Notes under the pieces: generated by a model | Databases searched by the model: none | Seen by the model: only the letters and a program-made list of their open reading frames with translations | What the model was told of the DNA's origin: nothing | From: Deltaproteobacteria bacterium HGW-Deltaproteobacteria-14 | GTDB lineage: Bacteria > Myxococcota_A > UBA9042 > PHBI01 | Direction of reading: 5' to 3' | Assembly: GCA_002841945.1 (NCBI GenBank) | Contig: PHBI01000002.1 | Coordinates: 11,972 to 75,971, forward strand | Length of the DNA: 64,000 nucleotides | Position numbers and translations under genes: made by a program | Shown: positions 17,454-26,399 of the stretch, piece by piece | How the letters are laid out: each line of letters begins with the position of its first letter | Numbering within the stretch: the stretch's first letter is position 1

Positions 17454-18034
17454 TCTCCGGTGTCACGCGTCGCCACTTTCGAGGAGCACGCTCGTTCGTT
17501 TTTCTCTTTTTGCGCCGGGATGATGTCCTGTTGATGCCCCGCTGTCACGGGAAGCAGGGACCGGGATCGGTTGATCGACACGCTCATCATGGCCTCTCGA
17601 ATTGGAACAGCCTCCGCGCGAATTGGGCTGCTGGAGAGCGAGCACCGGTGGAGTGCGACCACCGCGGCGAATTCAGATGTTCAGTGCACGACTCGGCGAC
17701 ATGGGGGTGGTAGCAAGATCCGGAGGAGGGTCGTTCGGGCCCCCAGTCCTTCTCTTCGGCCCTGGAGTCCCCGTGCCCCCCAGCGCGCCCCTATGTGGGT
17801 CACGCGAGCCTTGCAGGACAACGCCCCGAAGCATTCGACCTCGTCCCGAACTTGGCGGGTCGCGCTCGGAACGGGGCTGTGCCATGCTGCCATGCAGCAT
17901 GATTCGACGCCGCCACAACTATGCGTCTCGGCCGAGGTTTGGCGTTCCGACCTCGTCAGGCCATCGGGTTGCCCCGCAGTCCGTTGACCGAGGCGTGATC
18001 CTCGTTAGGTGCTATCCTGCGGGAGTAGACGCTC
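17454..18034. promoter_or_regulatory. 581-bp divergent intergenic region (helicase cluster on minus, zorA on plus); relatively AT-richer; presumed divergent promoters
   Basis: No credible ORF. Local GC is lower (e.g. ttcgtttttctctttttgcg). Sits between two divergently oriented operons. Confidence 0.4.
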
Positions 18035-20731
18035 GTGAGTGAAAGCAACCCAAGCGAAGCCACCATCCCAACCGCGGCAGCGCTTCGCCAACCCAGCATG
18101 ACCGGCACAGCGGCCGCGATGATAATCATCATCGTGCTGGTCGGCGTGGTGACCTTCGCATCAGGTCATTCGCTCATCGCGTCGCTTGTTGACGCGATGT
18201 CGAGCCCCGTGACGTGGGTGGTCTTCGCACTCGTGGTTTCGCTCGCGCTGGTGGGCGGGCACCTGCGAGGCCGGGGCCACCTTGCCGCGAAAGGAGTCGT
18301 GACGACCGCGAGGAGGATCGCCCGGCAACACGAACCAGCGGACGCGGACAGAGGGATCCCTCCTATCAAGCTCGATTCATTCGAGAGTGAGATCACCGAG
18401 CCGTATCTCATCGGGGTCTGGAAGGAATTCCGACGGAGTCTCGTGGACCGCGATGGGCGCTACTTCAAGGTCATGGACGCGAGCCGCTTCTTCGAAGACG
18501 ACGGGCTCGCGAGCGCCATCAAAGGGAGCGTGTGGCGGGCCGAGCCCAGCTACTCCTTCATCCACGAGTTGCCGGGCTTCATGGTCGGCCTCGGAATGCT
18601 CGGGACCTTCATTGGTATCGCCGTTGGGCTCGGACAACTCCAAGGGGTTGCGCAGGACGGCCAAGGCTTAGCCGTCGAGGGAGTGCAGAAGATCGCGCAG
18701 CACAGCACAGCCATCGTCGACAAGATTCCAAGCGTGATCGCTGGACTCGCGTCGGCGTTTTGGACGAGCATAATCGGCCTCATCGGGGCATCCCTGATGA
18801 CGTGGTTCAACCACAAGTCGGATAGTGCCCTGGGCAGCGCAATGGCGCTCTTTCGCCTCGAGCTCGACCGGTGCATCCCGCGGTCGAGCCAAGAGTTCTT
18901 CCTACGTCAGCAGACCTCGGCTCTACGAGAGATCAAGGACCTCCACGAGCAGGCGAATGACTTTCTTGGCGAAATGACGAACGATCTCGCAGACGAGATC
19001 GCGCGCGGCACTGGTGAGGTCATCGTCGGGCAGCTCTCCCCGATCCTGCACGGCATCGAGCGGGCCGTCAGAGAACAGATCGAGAACGCGGCTGTGCGCT
19101 CCGAGGACATGCTCCTTGCGCTCGTCGAGGAGCTGAAGGACAAGTTCGTAGCCGGATTGGACAACAGCGTCACCAAGATGGCGGCCCAGAACGAGCAGAT
19201 GACGAGCGCGTTCTCAGCGGTGACGCGCGACCTCGAGACGCACGTCGCAGGTGCGGTCTCCACATTCAGAGAGGGGATCGAGGGCGCCGGCGAGCACATG
19301 AACAAGGTGTTCGGCGAGACCTCGGACGCGTTCGCGGCAAAGCTCGGAGACGCGTCGACGGCGGTCGCCGAGTCACTCGGGGACAGCTCCAAGGCTCTCG
19401 CCAGCACGCTTGGCGTGGCGTCGAGCTCGTTGGCGTCATCGCTGGGCGACACATCTACCGCGTTCGCGAAGACGCTCGGCGAGTCCTCGAACGCCGTTGC
19501 GAACACGCTCGGGACGGCGTCGAGCTCGCTCGCTTCCTCGCTCGGGGACACCTCCAGGGCCTTCGCCAACACGCTCGGCGAATCCTCGAGCGCCGTTGCG
19601 AGCTCACTCGGGACGGCGTCGAAAGCATTGGCATCCTCACTCGAGAGTACGTCGAGCGCCTTCTCCGACAAGCTCAGCGAGGCTTCCGCCAATGTCGCAA
19701 CGTCGCTCGCGAGCGCTGCGACGAGCATGGCAGAGACCCTCGATGGTACAGTTGCCCGCGTCCGCGATGGGGTCTCCGACCTCGGAAGCCAGATGACTGA
19801 CGCGCTCACCGAGGCGACGACGGCAATGCGTCGGGGAATCGAAGGCGCACTGACGCCCCTCGAAGCCACCCTGCATACGCTCTCCGACGTCGTTGGCGCG
19901 CTTGGCGAGCAAGCGAGGATCCACGTCGACCTCCTCGAGCGCCACCAAACCACGGCTACGACCATGGGCGAGGCCGCGGAGAGGATAGCGCCCGCCCTCG
20001 AGTCCATCGTCGGTAGCCACCGCGAGTTGGCGTCGACGGTCCGCTCCCTCGAGCTGTTGTTCGACGAGCTCAGGACCACGCGAGACGCGCTCGCGGTCGT
20101 ACCCGGGGAGATTCGCGCTGGCCTCGGCGCCGCGACCGCGGAGCTGGCTGGAGCCGCGAACTCGCTGGCACCTGTGGCGGCCCAACTCGAGCGCTGGGGC
20201 GCGACCGTAGGCGAGTCACTCGAGGCACTCGAGAAGCAGGCCCAACTCCAACGCGAACAGCTCGAACAGCAGCGCGCAGCGACGAGGGAGCTCGGAGTTG
20301 TCGTCACGTCGTTCACGCCTGCGCTGAAGCAGGTCATTGGCTTCACGCAACAGCTCGAGGAGGTCGTCACGAGTATGGACGACGGGCTGGCCGAGCTCGC
20401 CGCCACACGCGGGACTCTCGAGAAGACGAACCTCGCGATCACGACCGGCCTCCGAACAGCGAGCGCGAACCTCAACGCCACAGCCGCTGGCCTCGGCCCT
20501 CTGACGGTGCAGATGCAGCGTTGGGCTGAAGCCAGCGGGAAGTCCCTCGAGGTGTTCGGCGCTACCATGCATGCGCACCTGCGCGATGCGCTGTCCGCGT
20601 TCGATGGCGCGCTGAGCGAGTCGGTTCGAGGGTTGGCGGAGGCCGGGGAGGAACTCATCGGAGTCGCCGACCGGATCAGCTTGCGGGTCGAGAGCATCGA
20701 GCGTTCAAACCCGCCACCGCGAGCCGCATAG
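18035..20731 (+). CDS. zorA: ZorA (MotA/TolQ/ExbB-like proton-channel subunit with ~600-aa repetitive tail), type I Zorya
   Basis: N-terminal TM helices. MotA/ExbB channel signature LPGFMVGLGMLGTFIGIAVGL. Long C-terminal tail of 11-residue repeats (SLGDTSxAFAxTLGESSxAVA...). Followed by a MotB-like gene. Confidence 0.8.
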   Translation: MSESNPSEATIPTAAALRQPSMTGTAAAMIIIIVLVGVVTFASGHSLIASLVDAMSSPVTWVVFALVVSLALVGGHLRGRGHLAAKGVVTTARRIARQHEPADADRGIPPIKLDSFESEITEPYLIGVWKEFRRSLVDRDGRYFKVMDASRFFEDDGLASAIKGSVWRAEPSYSFIHELPGFMVGLGMLGTFIGIAVGLGQLQGVAQDGQGLAVEGVQKIAQHSTAIVDKIPSVIAGLASAFWTSIIGLIGASLMTWFNHKSDSALGSAMALFRLELDRCIPRSSQEFFLRQQTSALREIKDLHEQANDFLGEMTNDLADEIARGTGEVIVGQLSPILHGIERAVREQIENAAVRSEDMLLALVEELKDKFVAGLDNSVTKMAAQNEQMTSAFSAVTRDLETHVAGAVSTFREGIEGAGEHMNKVFGETSDAFAAKLGDASTAVAESLGDSSKALASTLGVASSSLASSLGDTSTAFAKTLGESSNAVANTLGTASSSLASSLGDTSRAFANTLGESSSAVASSLGTASKALASSLESTSSAFSDKLSEASANVATSLASAATSMAETLDGTVARVRDGVSDLGSQMTDALTEATTAMRRGIEGALTPLEATLHTLSDVVGALGEQARIHVDLLERHQTTATTMGEAAERIAPALESIVGSHRELASTVRSLELLFDELRTTRDALAVVPGEIRAGLGAATAELAGAANSLAPVAAQLERWGATVGESLEALEKQAQLQREQLEQQRAATRELGVVVTSFTPALKQVIGFTQQLEEVVTSMDDGLAELAATRGTLEKTNLAITTGLRTASANLNATAAGLGPLTVQMQRWAEASGKSLEVFGATMHAHLRDALSAFDGALSESVRGLAEAGEELIGVADRISLRVESIERSNPPPRAA

Positions 20732-20742
20732 CGAGGACGTGA

Positions 20743-21882
20743 ATGGGACGCCGGAGAGGTCAGCCCCTGTGGCAGAGCTACGCCGACCTGGCGATGGGGC
20801 TCATGGCGGTGTTCGTTCTGATTCTGGTCATTCTCCTGTGGGACCAGAACAGGCTCACGACCGACTTAGCTCAATCGAAGGAGCGGGCCGAGCAGGCACT
20901 CGAGGATGCGATGAAGCAACGGCAGCTCACGGAAGAGGCGCTTGAGTCCGTGACTCTCGAGAGGGCCGCGCTCGAGTCCGAGCGAGGGACCTTCGCCATT
21001 GAGCTGATGGAGCTGTTCGAAACGACGTACGACCTCGTACTCGCTCAGGATAACGCAGAGAACTGGCTCACTGCGGTCTTCGAGGAGGGCGACTGCCGGT
21101 TACGTATGACTGAGCGAGGTGAGCTGGTCATCGCGACGCCGGACGGCGGACGGGCTGCGGCCAGTCTGTACGAGTCGGGGCAGTTCGTCCTCAGCGTTGA
21201 GGGTCGTCAGGCGCTGCTCACGTGTCGGGACAATTTCCTGAAGCTCGCGCACTGTCTCACCCCCGAGGACAACGTCCCCGAGGCGGTGAGTGAGAGGCGC
21301 AAGCGGCTGTGCCCCGGTGTTGGGGTCCACAGCCTCGACATGGCTGTCCCGGTCTTGCGGGCGGGGATCGAGGCGCTCGTCCTGGAAGGAAACACCGACC
21401 AGATCCCGCTCGGAGGCGGTACCCCGAGCATCCGGGCCGGCGGCTACGGGGTGACTTACCCCACACCCGTGGCGCTGAGCTTCGTCGAGAACGCCTACCT
21501 TGGTGCGGAGCGGGCTCGGCAGGCGCTCGGGAACCTCATCGCGTTGGTCGCAGACGCGAATGAGGACCAGTGGGACGCGCTCGAGGTGATGATGAGCCGC
21601 GTCCGGATCGAGAGTCCGAGTTTCGGCCGCTTCCAGGCCGGTCCCCAAGAATGGCGGGAAGCAGGATGCGAGGGACCCGGGAGTTGCGCGGCGGCGCGGA
21701 ACCTGGCGCTCCGCGTACGGTGGCAGAAGCGTGCCCTCCGCCGGCCGTTCGAGCTCGTCCGTGAGCGGATCTGCGGGTTGCTCGTGACGCCCGACTCCTC
21801 GTTCGCAAAGGGACTCCTGAGCCAAGGACACACCCTCTTAGCCGAGCGCGAGCGCTTCGGCTGCCCGGAGACCGTCCCGTGA
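20743..21882 (+). CDS. zorB: ZorB (MotB-like stator subunit with single TM and periplasmic domain)
   Basis: N-terminal YADLAMGLMAVFVLILVILL has a conserved Asp at the MotB-like TM start. Gene sits 11 nt after zorA. Size 379 aa. Confidence 0.7.
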   Translation: MGRRRGQPLWQSYADLAMGLMAVFVLILVILLWDQNRLTTDLAQSKERAEQALEDAMKQRQLTEEALESVTLERAALESERGTFAIELMELFETTYDLVLAQDNAENWLTAVFEEGDCRLRMTERGELVIATPDGGRAAASLYESGQFVLSVEGRQALLTCRDNFLKLAHCLTPEDNVPEAVSERRKRLCPGVGVHSLDMAVPVLRAGIEALVLEGNTDQIPLGGGTPSIRAGGYGVTYPTPVALSFVENAYLGAERARQALGNLIALVADANEDQWDALEVMMSRVRIESPSFGRFQAGPQEWREAGCEGPGSCAAARNLALRVRWQKRALRRPFELVRERICGLLVTPDSSFAKGLLSQGHTLLAERERFGCPETVP

Positions 21883-23120
21883 CATCGTTGCCACCCATCC
21901 CGACGCTCGCGACGTTCTCGCTACCTCGGCCCGTCGGACTGCGGCGCCTGAACCAGCGTGTTTTCCGGGGAGCCGGCGTGAAACCGCGGCCGTCGCAGCT
22001 CGAGCAGGCGCGCAAGCTGCTTGCCAGCGCGAAAGCAGGCGCACAGGTCGAGGTGACGTCGTCGGTGCTGTGCCGATGTCTCGTGTACATCCTCGGGGAA
22101 CGCCCAGACGACACGGAGCGTGACCTCATCGGGAGGCTCGTTCTCGGTTCACCACACGCGCGAGCCCGAGAACTGCTCGCGCTGTGGGAGAACGTGCCAT
22201 CGCGGCGCGCCGCGATCGCTGTGGCGCTCTCGTCGGCGCTCGACGCTCGCTCACGCCCTTTTGTGATGCCCGACTGGTTGCCCCGCACCGAACCCGAACG
22301 GCGCAGAGCCCTGGTAGCCCCGCATGCGTTCTGCCTTCGAGGGCTCGAGCGTAATCTTGGTTCCATCGACACCGTCGGGGACAGACTCGGCGTCGTCCTG
22401 CACAGCAGACTCGGCCATGAGCTCCTATTGCACGCGTTGGTGCACGGCTCTGACCGGTTCTGGGGGGCCCTTGGGTCCCCACTTGAGCTGCGAGAATGGG
22501 CTCGCCCCCGCGACACCCGAACCCAAGCGGCCATTGCGGACCGCCAACTCGTCGCCATTGGGCGCGGCGTAACCGCACCATACAACCTCCCGGATGACGC
22601 CGAGACCAAGCACCTGACCGAATGGGTCTTCTCGACGCTCCGATCGCCGGACACTCACGCTGCGCGCTGGGACGGCGTGTCCGATCGGGGGCGTGAGGTC
22701 TTCGACTGGCTGCTCATCCGAGATGAGATTGTCAAGATTCTCGCGCTCTTTGAGCAGCAGGCGACGCAGTCGGACCGGGGGGAGTTCTGGAAGAAGCAAG
22801 CGCACCGGATCCGCGACGCACGCTTCGTGGACCTTGATGAGATGGCGGTCTGTCTGATCGTGATTGGGGAGACCCTGGTCGTCGAGTTCGGAGACTACGC
22901 CAACGCGGGGTACGTGTACGGAGTGCCCGCGCATTCACCGTCGGTGAGGCGGCCAGCGAACCTTCCAAATAGGGCGGGGAGCTTCAAGCAGCGTGGATAT
23001 CACCTGAAAATCGGAGCGGTCGTGTACCCGTTCAAGGACCGGATCATCCACGCGGGGGACTGGCAGACGCGGACCGGACAGGCCATCGCACAGTGGGCGG
23101 CAGGGTGGAGCCGGCGGTAG
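21879..23120 (+). CDS. zorC: ZorC candidate (413 aa), by position between zorB and zorD
   Basis: Start overlaps the zorB stop (ATGA). No motif recognised by eye. Assignment is by synteny of type I Zorya (zorABCD). Confidence 0.45.
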   Translation: MTSLPPIPTLATFSLPRPVGLRRLNQRVFRGAGVKPRPSQLEQARKLLASAKAGAQVEVTSSVLCRCLVYILGERPDDTERDLIGRLVLGSPHARARELLALWENVPSRRAAIAVALSSALDARSRPFVMPDWLPRTEPERRRALVAPHAFCLRGLERNLGSIDTVGDRLGVVLHSRLGHELLLHALVHGSDRFWGALGSPLELREWARPRDTRTQAAIADRQLVAIGRGVTAPYNLPDDAETKHLTEWVFSTLRSPDTHAARWDGVSDRGREVFDWLLIRDEIVKILALFEQQATQSDRGEFWKKQAHRIRDARFVDLDEMAVCLIVIGETLVVEFGDYANAGYVYGVPAHSPSVRRPANLPNRAGSFKQRGYHLKIGAVVYPFKDRIIHAGDWQTRTGQAIAQWAAGWSRR

Positions 23121-23133
23121 TTGGCTGCTGAAG

Positions 23134-26100
23134 GTGGAGGATTGCGTGAGTTCCTACGACCAGCGTGGCGTACACCTTGAACTTTCAGGGGTGCCGCTCT
23201 CCACAGTGGCAACCGCGGCGCTGCGTGACGAGGGCTTCATTCCGTGGCGCGTCGCTCTCTCCGTGCTCGACGAAGCGTGCGACCTGAACGAGGTTTCGGC
23301 CCGGCTTTCGGCGCTCGACGGGACGTTCTCCGAGGAAGACCGCTCCGCGCTCGAGGCGCCTCTGGCCCAGCTCATGCCTCCCACAGTGCCCATGACCCTG
23401 TCGGTAGCCGTTCGTGGGGTGGCAGGACGGACTCGCTACGCGCTCTTAGGCGAGTGGGTAGGCCGGGATGGCTACCGAGTTGACCCGCCACCCGAGCGGC
23501 TGTCACCGGGGATCGTCCGGTGGCGGGAGTCCGACTGGCGCATTACCGCATCACAACTGGAGGTACTCGACTCGCTCGACGGCGTCGAGGGGCTGGGAGC
23601 AAATCGAAGCACCGACCTGGCGCACACCGAGCGGGTGACGTCGGCGGTGCTCGGCGGCGATGCCTCGGTAACACTCGGGCCAGGCTTGCGGTCTAGTCGG
23701 TTCGTTCGCGTCGACGCTGTGGCACCGATGTTTGCCCAGGCCGCACCAGGACGATATCGCATGATGCCAACGGTCGAGGGCATCACAAACGAGACGCTGT
23801 GGGGACAACTGCGGCGGAGCCGCGGGGCCGAGCAGGTGGTGTCGTACCGAGACCCAGATGGCGTCGCAACGAGAGTCGTCTTCACGAGTCGCGCGCAGGC
23901 CGCGATTGCAGATGTCCGCCGCGAAGCCGCACAGATGCTCACGCCACGTCGGGTCGCGCAGATCATGACGCGGCCACAAGACATCCTCGGAGAGAACCTC
24001 GACCTCTCCGGCTTGTCGGAGCGGGTGACGGGCTTCGGCCCGGTGGTGCTCGACGTGAGCTTCGAACCAGGCGAACTCGGCGGACGGGACTGGTGGGACT
24101 TCGACACAACTCTCGTGCTCGACGATGGAGTCGACACGTCGCTCGCCCTCGATCTGAGGGACGAGAACGTCGTACGCACCCTGGAGACCGCTATCGCTGC
24201 GGCGGACGCCGACGGCTCGGCCTTTATCCCGTGCCCCAACCGGGACGCGCTCATGCCGCTGACTGCGCTCCTACGCCAGGCAGTGGCCACGGCACGCGAA
24301 CGCCTGGATGGACTCAAGCCGGAACGGGCGGAGCCACAAGGTTTTCAGATCATCTACAACATCGAGGAGCTCGAGTTCGAGCAGTCGGAGGTAACGCCGG
24401 GCGGAACACCTCCGAGGAAGCCGCGGGGGCTGGCGCCAGGGTTCGAACTCCACGACCACCAGTTGGTCGGATTCTCATGGTTGCATGCGCTCGCGACGGC
24501 GCCAGGGGGCTCGCGGGGGGCGTTGCTCGCCGACGACATGGGGCTCGGGAAGACGCTTCAGGTCCTCGCGCTGCTCTCGGACATGCTCGAAGGGGGGCGT
24601 CCCGGCCCCCATCTGGTCGTTGGACCAGTCGCCGTTCTGACCAACTGGATGAGGGAGGCACGGCGGTTCTTCCAGGAACGACTGCCGTGCCTGCAAATCC
24701 AAGGTCAGTTCCTGCGCGGTGCGTCGCCGGCGATGTCCGCATCCGCACTGCAAACCCAGCGCGTCGTCGTCGCGAGCTACGAGACCCTACGCGTCAACGA
24801 GATCGCGTTCGCGAAGGTGAAGTGGGACACCGTCATCCTGGACGAAGCCCAGAAGGCGAAGAACCCAACGACCCAGATCGCTCGCGTCTTGAGGACGCTT
24901 CAAGCGCGCTTCCGGCTCGCCGTGACGGGTACCCCTGTCGAGAACAGCCTACGAGACCTGTGGACTCTGTACGACTGGGCTGTACCCGGTCTGCTTGGGC
25001 CACTCCGACAATTCCGTACCCGCTTCATGAAACCACTCGGCGACGGCGCGGATAGCGTGCAGCGCCGGGTACTCGCCGACGAGCTAACGAGCACGATCAA
25101 GCCGGTCTTCATGCGACGGCTCAAAGAAGACGCGCTCCAGGGGCTACCACCGATCCACCGGCACGACCACGTCGTCCCGCTCTCGCATGAGCAGGAACTC
25201 ATGTACGCCGCCGTCATCCGGTCGGTAGTTGACGGACGCGAGAAGCCCCTGGGGAGCCTCCCGCGGTTGTTCGGGATGTGCGCGCATCCAGACCTGACTC
25301 CGTGGTTCGACGACCTCCGTGCGCTTGCGGCGAGTTCTTTCCCAAAGGGTCAGAAGCTCTTCGAGCTCCTGGATGACGTCGCGGCGCGCGGCGAAAAGGC
25401 GCTTGTCTTCGCGAACCGGAAGGCCGTCCAACGTTGGATCGCGGACGAAGTCGCTCGCCGATACCAGGTTGCACGGCCTTTCGTTATCAATGGTTGCCTC
25501 GATGACTCGGCCGAGCGGTTGAGGCTCGTCGACTTGTTCCAGAGCCGCCCGGGCTTCGGGTGCATCGTCTTGGCTCCGCGTGCGGCCGGCGTTGGCCTCA
25601 ACATCACGGCGGCAAACCACGTCATCCACTACATGCGCGAGTGGAACCCCGCGGTCGAGAACCAGGCGACGGACCGCTGCTACCGCATTGGGCAGGTCCG
25701 CCCAGTCCATGTGCACACGATAACCGCACGTTCGCCGCGCGGCGTGACGGTCGAGGAGCGACTCGCGGAGCTACTCGAGGCCAAGCGCCGGCTGTTCGCC
25801 GACTTCATCGTGCCGCTTGGCGATGTTGAGGTCGCCCAAAGCGACCTGGTCAACACGGAGGGCTGGGACGAGACGACGGTGGACGGCGACGCAGATCTGT
25901 TCACCGACGCGATGTGGCCAGTTTTACGCTCGGTGCTCGAAGCCGACGCATCGATGCGCGCTGAGCCGCCCTGCGAACACCTCGATGGAGGCCGCGTGAT
26001 CGGGCTCGACGACGGGACCCTGTTCGCAGGCACGAAGGTGGTCCGGCTCGTCGATGGGACCCGCAGGGACGCGGACCGCCTCGAAGCGGCGCTCCGCAAG

Positions 26101-26181
26101 AAGGGGGAGTCAGTGGAGGTGGTGGATACGCGACATCCGACACTCGCGGCGCGGGCGCTGGGGCGTGCGCTGACGTGCTGA
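23134..26181 (+). CDS. zorD: ZorD (SNF2-like helicase, 1015 aa, helicase core in C-terminal half)
   Basis: LADDMGLGKTLQVLAL, VILDEAQKAKN, LAVTGTPVENSL and helicase-C motifs. ~430-aa N-terminal extension. Last gene of the zor operon. Confidence 0.7.
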   Translation: MEDCVSSYDQRGVHLELSGVPLSTVATAALRDEGFIPWRVALSVLDEACDLNEVSARLSALDGTFSEEDRSALEAPLAQLMPPTVPMTLSVAVRGVAGRTRYALLGEWVGRDGYRVDPPPERLSPGIVRWRESDWRITASQLEVLDSLDGVEGLGANRSTDLAHTERVTSAVLGGDASVTLGPGLRSSRFVRVDAVAPMFAQAAPGRYRMMPTVEGITNETLWGQLRRSRGAEQVVSYRDPDGVATRVVFTSRAQAAIADVRREAAQMLTPRRVAQIMTRPQDILGENLDLSGLSERVTGFGPVVLDVSFEPGELGGRDWWDFDTTLVLDDGVDTSLALDLRDENVVRTLETAIAAADADGSAFIPCPNRDALMPLTALLRQAVATARERLDGLKPERAEPQGFQIIYNIEELEFEQSEVTPGGTPPRKPRGLAPGFELHDHQLVGFSWLHALATAPGGSRGALLADDMGLGKTLQVLALLSDMLEGGRPGPHLVVGPVAVLTNWMREARRFFQERLPCLQIQGQFLRGASPAMSASALQTQRVVVASYETLRVNEIAFAKVKWDTVILDEAQKAKNPTTQIARVLRTLQARFRLAVTGTPVENSLRDLWTLYDWAVPGLLGPLRQFRTRFMKPLGDGADSVQRRVLADELTSTIKPVFMRRLKEDALQGLPPIHRHDHVVPLSHEQELMYAAVIRSVVDGREKPLGSLPRLFGMCAHPDLTPWFDDLRALAASSFPKGQKLFELLDDVAARGEKALVFANRKAVQRWIADEVARRYQVARPFVINGCLDDSAERLRLVDLFQSRPGFGCIVLAPRAAGVGLNITAANHVIHYMREWNPAVENQATDRCYRIGQVRPVHVHTITARSPRGVTVEERLAELLEAKRRLFADFIVPLGDVEVAQSDLVNTEGWDETTVDGDADLFTDAMWPVLRSVLEADASMRAEPPCEHLDGGRVIGLDDGTLFAGTKVVRLVDGTRRDADRLEAALRKKGESVEVVDTRHPTLAARALGRALTC

Positions 26182-26184
26182 CTG

Positions 26185-26210
26185 CGCCTTGCTTGAATGT
26201 GCAAGGGCGC
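26185..26210 (+). terminator. GC hairpin 4 nt after the zorD stop (gcgccttgc-ttgaatgt-gcaagggcgc)
   Basis: Inverted repeat read from the sequence. Lies in the convergent intergenic region 26182-26399. Confidence 0.3.
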
Positions 26211-26340
26211 CCACCCCTGCCACGCCTCGCATGGCGTCTGGGCCGATAACGGATCGGACGAGGACGGGCAATTTCCGCGGTGGTTCGGGCGGCCGCAGCG
26301 GTGTCGCATCTGTAGGCAGCGCCTACCTGACGGCCCGGCA

Positions 26341-26367
26341 GCCCCGCCCTCGCGAATGGAGCGGGGC
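26341..26367 (-). terminator. GC hairpin (gccccgc - 13 nt loop - gcggggc) 33 nt downstream of the GmrSD-like gene stop
   Basis: Inverted repeat read from the sequence. Confidence 0.25.
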
Positions 26368-26399
26368 TGTCGTGCATCGTCCTCGTCCTCGTCCTTGCC

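Noticed and set aside
23134-26181. Assigning the second SNF2 helicase to DISARM (DrmD) or Dpd (DpdE)
   Set aside because: It is the last gene of an operon that begins with MotA-like and MotB-like genes, which fits ZorD far better. No DrmA/B/C, DUF1998, PLD or 7-deazaguanine genes are present.
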